In this document: positions 60,131 through 64,000 of the stretch, one piece after another
How positions within the stretch are numbered: the stretch's first letter is position 1
Layout: every line of letters begins with the position of its first letter
From: Candidatus Obscuribacteraceae bacterium
Lineage (GTDB): Bacteria > Cyanobacteriota > Vampirovibrionia > Obscuribacterales > Obscuribacteraceae
Reading direction: 5' to 3'
NCBI GenBank assembly: GCA_044229845.1
Contig: JBGASG010000006.1
Coordinates: 96,001 to 160,000, forward strand
DNA: 64,000 nucleotides
The notes under the pieces: model-generated
Told to the model about the DNA's origin: nothing
Seen by the model: only the letters and a program-made list of their open reading frames with translations
Database searches by the model: none
Program-made: the position numbers and the translations under genes

Positions 60131-61810
60131 ATGTGCAACATTTATCCGCGTTACATGACGCGCGCGAGACGAGGCGCAAGCCGCTCGAAGGCCGAGATGC
60201 AATTCTACGATGCATGCCGGACGCAGCTCGATAACCGCTGGACTGTCATTTATGATGTTCGGTGGCACGCCCCGGAAATAGGCAAAGCCGGACACGGACA
60301 AGCGGATTTCATCGTGGCACACGAAGATCTTGGAGCGCTTGTTTTGGAGGTGAAGGGCGCCGGTCTTGAACGAGTCCCGCACACACGAGAGTGGCTGCAA
60401 GTGAACCACGAGGGGAAGTATCCCATAGATCCGATCAAGCAGGTCCAAAACAGCATGCACGCATTACTTGCAGGCTTGCGAAGAAGGAACAATTTGCCTG
60501 ATGGGCACTTAGGTCTATTCCACGCGGTGGCTTTTCCGCAAGCGAGAACGGCAGGCTCAGAATGGACAATTGAAATGCCGTCGGAGCTGACAATCGGACG
60601 CGAACACATGCCCAACCTTGAAGCGCGCTTACGCGAGATTTTTGCCTATCATCACCGTCGGTCGAATAACGAAACATACTCGGTTGGTGCGCGCCTCATC
60701 GAAGAAATTCTTGCGATAACAAACAGCCGGGTCGAATATGTCTATTCGCTTTCCGCCAAAGTCGACGAAGACGAACAGGAACTGATCGAGCTGACGACCG
60801 AACAAATCCGCCTTCTGGACTGTTTCCGGAAGAACAAGCGTGTATTGATCGATGGTTGCGCCGGATCCGGCAAAACACTGTTGGCAGTTGAGAAAGCTCG
60901 CCAACTCGCCAAAAGCGGCAAGCGGACCCTGCTTACCTGTTTCAATGCACCACTGGAGCGTTTTCTCCGAGAAGCGACGGCGGGAATTGAGAATCTAGAC
61001 GTCGTTCGCTTTCATCAATTGTGCAGGCACCAAGACGATCACTTCAACCCCATTCTGCCGGTACTCGGTGCGAGCATATCGCGCGACGATGACCCCAATT
61101 TCGTGTTAGTTTTGATGGAGGCAGCGAAGAAGAATCCCGAAATAAAGTATGATGCAATCATCATAGATGAGGCGCAAGACTTCAGGTCCGAGTGGGGAAT
61201 CGCCCTTGAGGCTTGTCTGCGTAATGATGAATCGCTGTTGTATGTTTTCAAAGACAGCGGGCAGAATTTGTATGGCATCAGGCACCAGTACGCGCCAGTG
61301 GACATGTGCCATTTCAGTTTGCAGAGAAACATTCGCAATTCACAAGCCATCGGGCAGTACGTCCGGCGTCATTATCTAGGCGCCGACGATGTTCCGATGG
61401 TCTTGGCGGGACCGGCAGGCCGCGATGTCGCAGTACATGTCTACCAAAGCGAGCAGCAATTGATCGCGGAGGTATCGGAGGTCATCACGAAATGGATAGA
61501 CGAAGAGCACGTTTCACCGAAAGACATTGTTGTCTTGACGCCTCGTAAAATTGACCGCAGCGCCCTGTTCAACTTGAAGCTGCCTAATGCATTCGTCAAC
61601 ACTCGCACAACTACCGAGCGCGGCATTTTGATTTCAAGCATAAATAGGTTCAAGGGAATGGAAAGCAATTTCGTGGTCGTTGTTGAGCTGGATAACGAAT
61701 TCTCCCAGCGTCCTGAGCACCACCAGTCAACCCACTGCTACGCGGCCTTCTCCCGCGCCAAGCACCATCTCGTCGTTTTCTCCAGTCCTGAGTGCGCATC
61801 ATTGGTGTAG
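60131..61810 (+). CDS. NERD nuclease fused to an SF1 (UvrD-like) helicase
   Basis: E...GQADFIV...LVLEVKG; GCAGSGKT; IIDEAQD; RNIRNS; SSINRFKGMES; YAAFSRAKHHL. Confidence 0.88.
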   Translation: MCNIYPRYMTRARRGASRSKAEMQFYDACRTQLDNRWTVIYDVRWHAPEIGKAGHGQADFIVAHEDLGALVLEVKGAGLERVPHTREWLQVNHEGKYPIDPIKQVQNSMHALLAGLRRRNNLPDGHLGLFHAVAFPQARTAGSEWTIEMPSELTIGREHMPNLEARLREIFAYHHRRSNNETYSVGARLIEEILAITNSRVEYVYSLSAKVDEDEQELIELTTEQIRLLDCFRKNKRVLIDGCAGSGKTLLAVEKARQLAKSGKRTLLTCFNAPLERFLREATAGIENLDVVRFHQLCRHQDDHFNPILPVLGASISRDDDPNFVLVLMEAAKKNPEIKYDAIIIDEAQDFRSEWGIALEACLRNDESLLYVFKDSGQNLYGIRHQYAPVDMCHFSLQRNIRNSQAIGQYVRRHYLGADDVPMVLAGPAGRDVAVHVYQSEQQLIAEVSEVITKWIDEEHVSPKDIVVLTPRKIDRSALFNLKLPNAFVNTRTTTERGILISSINRFKGMESNFVVVVELDNEFSQRPEHHQSTHCYAAFSRAKHHLVVFSSPECASLV

Positions 61811-61888
61811 AACTAGCAATCGTCCACTCCCGGGAGCAACTTTCTCTGGGAAGAAAGAGGTCTTCCGCTCGGCGGCGCTGGCGAGAGC

Positions 61889-61917
61889 TTGACAGTCGGT
61901 TATCAACCCGATAACTT
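61889..61917 (+). promoter_or_regulatory. Promoter and operator of the higBA operon
   Basis: TTGACA (61889-61894), 17 bp spacer, TAACTT; inverted repeat GTTATC-aaccc-GATAAC (61899-61915) overlapping the -10 box. Confidence 0.65.
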
Positions 61918-61926
61918 GAGGTTTGA

Positions 61927-62207
61927 GTGGAAGTCATCAACGAAACCGAAGTGCACTCATTTGCGCAGAAACATTCAAGTGCGCGGAAACCGCTGGGCAA
62001 TTGGATTGACGTAACAAAAACTGCTGATTGGAAGTCTTTTCCCGACGTTCGAGAAACCTTCAGGAGCACGGACTACGTTAAAGAACAAGTGGTTTTCGAT
62101 ATAGGCGGAAACAACTACAGACTCACTAGTTCGATTGACTATGAAACTCAGCATGTCTACGTCTTAGAAGTGCGACGCATGCAGAATATGATCGGTGGAA
62201 GGCGTGA
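61927..62207 (+). pseudogene. higB: HigB-type mRNA interferase toxin with a 1-bp frameshift near the C-terminus
   Basis: VVFDIGGNNYRL; conserved tail THAEYDRWKA* is in a shifted frame from 62175, and its TGA overlaps the antitoxin GTG. Confidence 0.8.
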
Positions 62208-62617
62208 GCACAGCAAGGGTCGACAAAGCATACATGGCGCTAATCAGAGAGTTTCCTCTGATTCCGATACGCGACAAGTCTGAATTCGAGCGAGCCATAG
62301 CATTGATGAAGCGGCTAGCCTACCGCCGAAGCAGCTTAAGTAGCGGCGAGTCCGATTATCTAACCGTGCTTGGTAATTTGATAGTGCAGTACGAAAAACG
62401 GCTGCCCAAGCTGGCGGAAGCAATGACACCACGCGAAGCCCTGGCTTATCTCATGGAATCCAATGGGCTCTCTCAAACAGATCTCGTCGAATACGTCGGG
62501 TACAAATCGAATCTCTCCGCGTTTCTTGGTGGTCATCGAGGGCTGAGCAAGCGAGCAGCGTGCCGACTTGCAGAGTATTTCAAAGTGTCGCCGGCGCTGT
62601 TCTTGCCGAGAGAATGA
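62204..62617 (+). CDS. higA: HigA-type HTH antitoxin
   Basis: LIPIRD..EFERA...YLTVLGNLIVQYE...LAYLMESNGLSQTDL...LSAFLGGHRGLS...LAEYFKVSPALF. Confidence 0.9.
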   Translation: MSTARVDKAYMALIREFPLIPIRDKSEFERAIALMKRLAYRRSSLSSGESDYLTVLGNLIVQYEKRLPKLAEAMTPREALAYLMESNGLSQTDLVEYVGYKSNLSAFLGGHRGLSKRAACRLAEYFKVSPALFLPRE

Positions 62618-62736
62618 ACTTCAAAGGGCGCTTCAATCTCCGTCGCGTAGATTTCACGCGGCAGATTGAAGGATTTGCTCCTTCGAAGTGGTACGCTCTG
62701 ATAAGAGTCACACCTTTCATCCAGGTAATCGAACTC

Positions 62737-63732
62737 ATGCGAAAAAAAGCTCTACTCGCAATTGCTTTCGCAAGCGGTTTGCTTAATCCGCAGCTGCCCG
62801 CCTTAGCTGAGGACACCAAGCCCGAGTCAAGCGAATCTGTAGTGCAGCAAATTACAGAAAGTGCGCAAATGTCACCCGAAATGCGAGCGTACTATCTACT
62901 CTTAATTGCAAATTCCTCTCTCACTGAAACACCGGCTGAAGTCGAAGAGAGATACAAGTTTGTAATCAGCAACAAAGGCAACAGCACCTGGCCTTTCAGA
63001 AAACGGCGCGCCTGGGAAGGTATCCTAGTCTCTTGGGCTAACAGGTTTACATCAGAGGCTAAGTCGCATAACACTGCAAATGGCAAGTCCGGGTCACATT
63101 CGATTGCATCCGCGAATCGCGCACTTGCGAATGCAGCAATCCAGAATGCAATAACGGAAGTGGACAAGATTACCGAGCCGTTCACCAAGTTGAACTTGTA
63201 CTACATTGCATCACGGCTCTGTCAAAAGGTTGGAGATGCCGACGGAATAAAGAAGTGCAACCGCGTTATCGAAGATGCTCTCAAATCATGCGAGGGGAGC
63301 TCACCTGCTAGCGAAGCTCAAGTCAAGGCTGCTGCTTCCATTCTGGATGCGATGGCTTTTGCTTATGTGCCGATTGAGGGATCCGATGGAGATTATGTTT
63401 CGGAGAGAACCCAGCAACAATCATCCCCATTAGCAGAACAGTATTCAGACATAGACTTTAAGAAAGCCGAAAGACTCAAACTTCGCGCCGCCGCCATGGC
63501 AGACCGATTGGGTGCAGAGACGCACACGAGGCGAAAGGTGCACCGAGATTTGGTGCTCTGGTACATGGCACTTGGCAGAACGCAGCAAGCAGAGAAAGAG
63601 AAGGAAATTCTATTCAAATTGGTTGGCTTCAAAGACGACAAAGTTTTGTATCCTCAACATGAAGGATGCGGGATGCTTGTCTGGTGGCGTCAGGAACAAA
63701 GGGGCGCAACGTTTTTATGTGGAATGGGCTAG
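62737..63732 (+). CDS. Secreted helical protein (331 aa) ending in CGMG; putative MNIO substrate
   Basis: Signal peptide MRKKALLAIAFASGLLNPQLPALA; C-terminus HEGCGMLVWWRQEQRGATFLCGMG*. Confidence 0.8.
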   Translation: MRKKALLAIAFASGLLNPQLPALAEDTKPESSESVVQQITESAQMSPEMRAYYLLLIANSSLTETPAEVEERYKFVISNKGNSTWPFRKRRAWEGILVSWANRFTSEAKSHNTANGKSGSHSIASANRALANAAIQNAITEVDKITEPFTKLNLYYIASRLCQKVGDADGIKKCNRVIEDALKSCEGSSPASEAQVKAAASILDAMAFAYVPIEGSDGDYVSERTQQQSSPLAEQYSDIDFKKAERLKLRAAAMADRLGAETHTRRKVHRDLVLWYMALGRTQQAEKEKEILFKLVGFKDDKVLYPQHEGCGMLVWWRQEQRGATFLCGMG

Positions 63733-63784
63733 ATTGCGCGGATGAATTTGTCGACTGCCAAACACCCCAGAGATTTCCTGAAAC

Positions 63785-64000
63785 ATGCGTAAACCAAAGC
63801 TTGGACTCTCTCTAATGCCATCGGAGGACTTTCGCCAAGCGTCTGCTGATCTCTTTGAGAAGGGTCTCGTTAAAGCCGTAGAGTGGTCTTTCGACGTCCC
63901 CTGGAACGGCGTCGTGACGGACCAATGGTGCTATGACATAGTCGACCAATTTAGTCGATTTGGCGCGCTGACTGGGCATGGAGTGAGTCTTTCTCCACTT
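63785..64000 (+). CDS. DUF692 / multinuclear non-heme iron oxidative enzyme (MNIO), ChrH-like; partial, continues past right edge
   Basis: Not in the ORF track. Manual translation: MRKPKLGLSLMPSEDFRQASADLFEKGLVKAVEWSFDVPWNGVVTDQWCYDIVDQFSRFGALTGHGVSLSPL; HGVxLS is the DUF692 N-terminal motif. Confidence 0.8.
   Translation, partial: MRKPKLGLSLMPSEDFRQASADLFEKGLVKAVEWSFDVPWNGVVTDQWCYDIVDQFSRFGALTGHGVSLSPL

Noticed and set aside
1..64000. tRNA, rRNA, riboswitch, IS or integrase
   Set aside because: No cloverleaf, rRNA-like tract, transposase or recombinase motifs recognised by eye; small RNAs could have been missed

Overview
Bacterial genomic window, densely coding and mostly accessory genes. 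I found no rRNA, tRNA, CRISPR array, integrase or transposase. The gene content (membrane Ser/Thr kinases, a KaiB-like gene, many signal-peptide orphans, C39-RHS protein) suggests a non-photosynthetic Cyanobacteria relative such as Vampirovibrionia/Obscuribacterales, but this is inference only. In order the window holds: a large secreted C39-peptidase/YD-repeat (RHS-like) protein running off the left edge; a block with a sigma-70 factor, GH25 muramidase, a patatin flanked by two paralogous small genes that each have a near-consensus promoter, and an orphan KaiB-like gene; a Gly-rich low-complexity secreted protein; a tandem pair of RlaP-like nucleotidyltransferases converging on a ~1300-aa nuclease-NTPase; a stress/metabolism cluster; a HExxH protein plus tandem SpoU-like protein; an OmpR/sensor-kinase pair preceded by an 11-bp-periodic repeat array; two membrane Ser/Thr kinases and lnt separated by a 39-bp palindromic tandem array; a variant Ntox44-type toxin with no visible immunity gene; two decayed genes; a YodL-like/NERD-helicase/HigBA block with a frameshifted toxin. 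At the right edge, a 331-aa secreted protein ending in CGMG lies just upstream of a ChrH-like DUF692 (MNIO) enzyme. That last pair is my best candidate for an undescribed system: RiPP-type modification of a full-size protein tail. All family assignments come from motif recognition by eye, not database searches.
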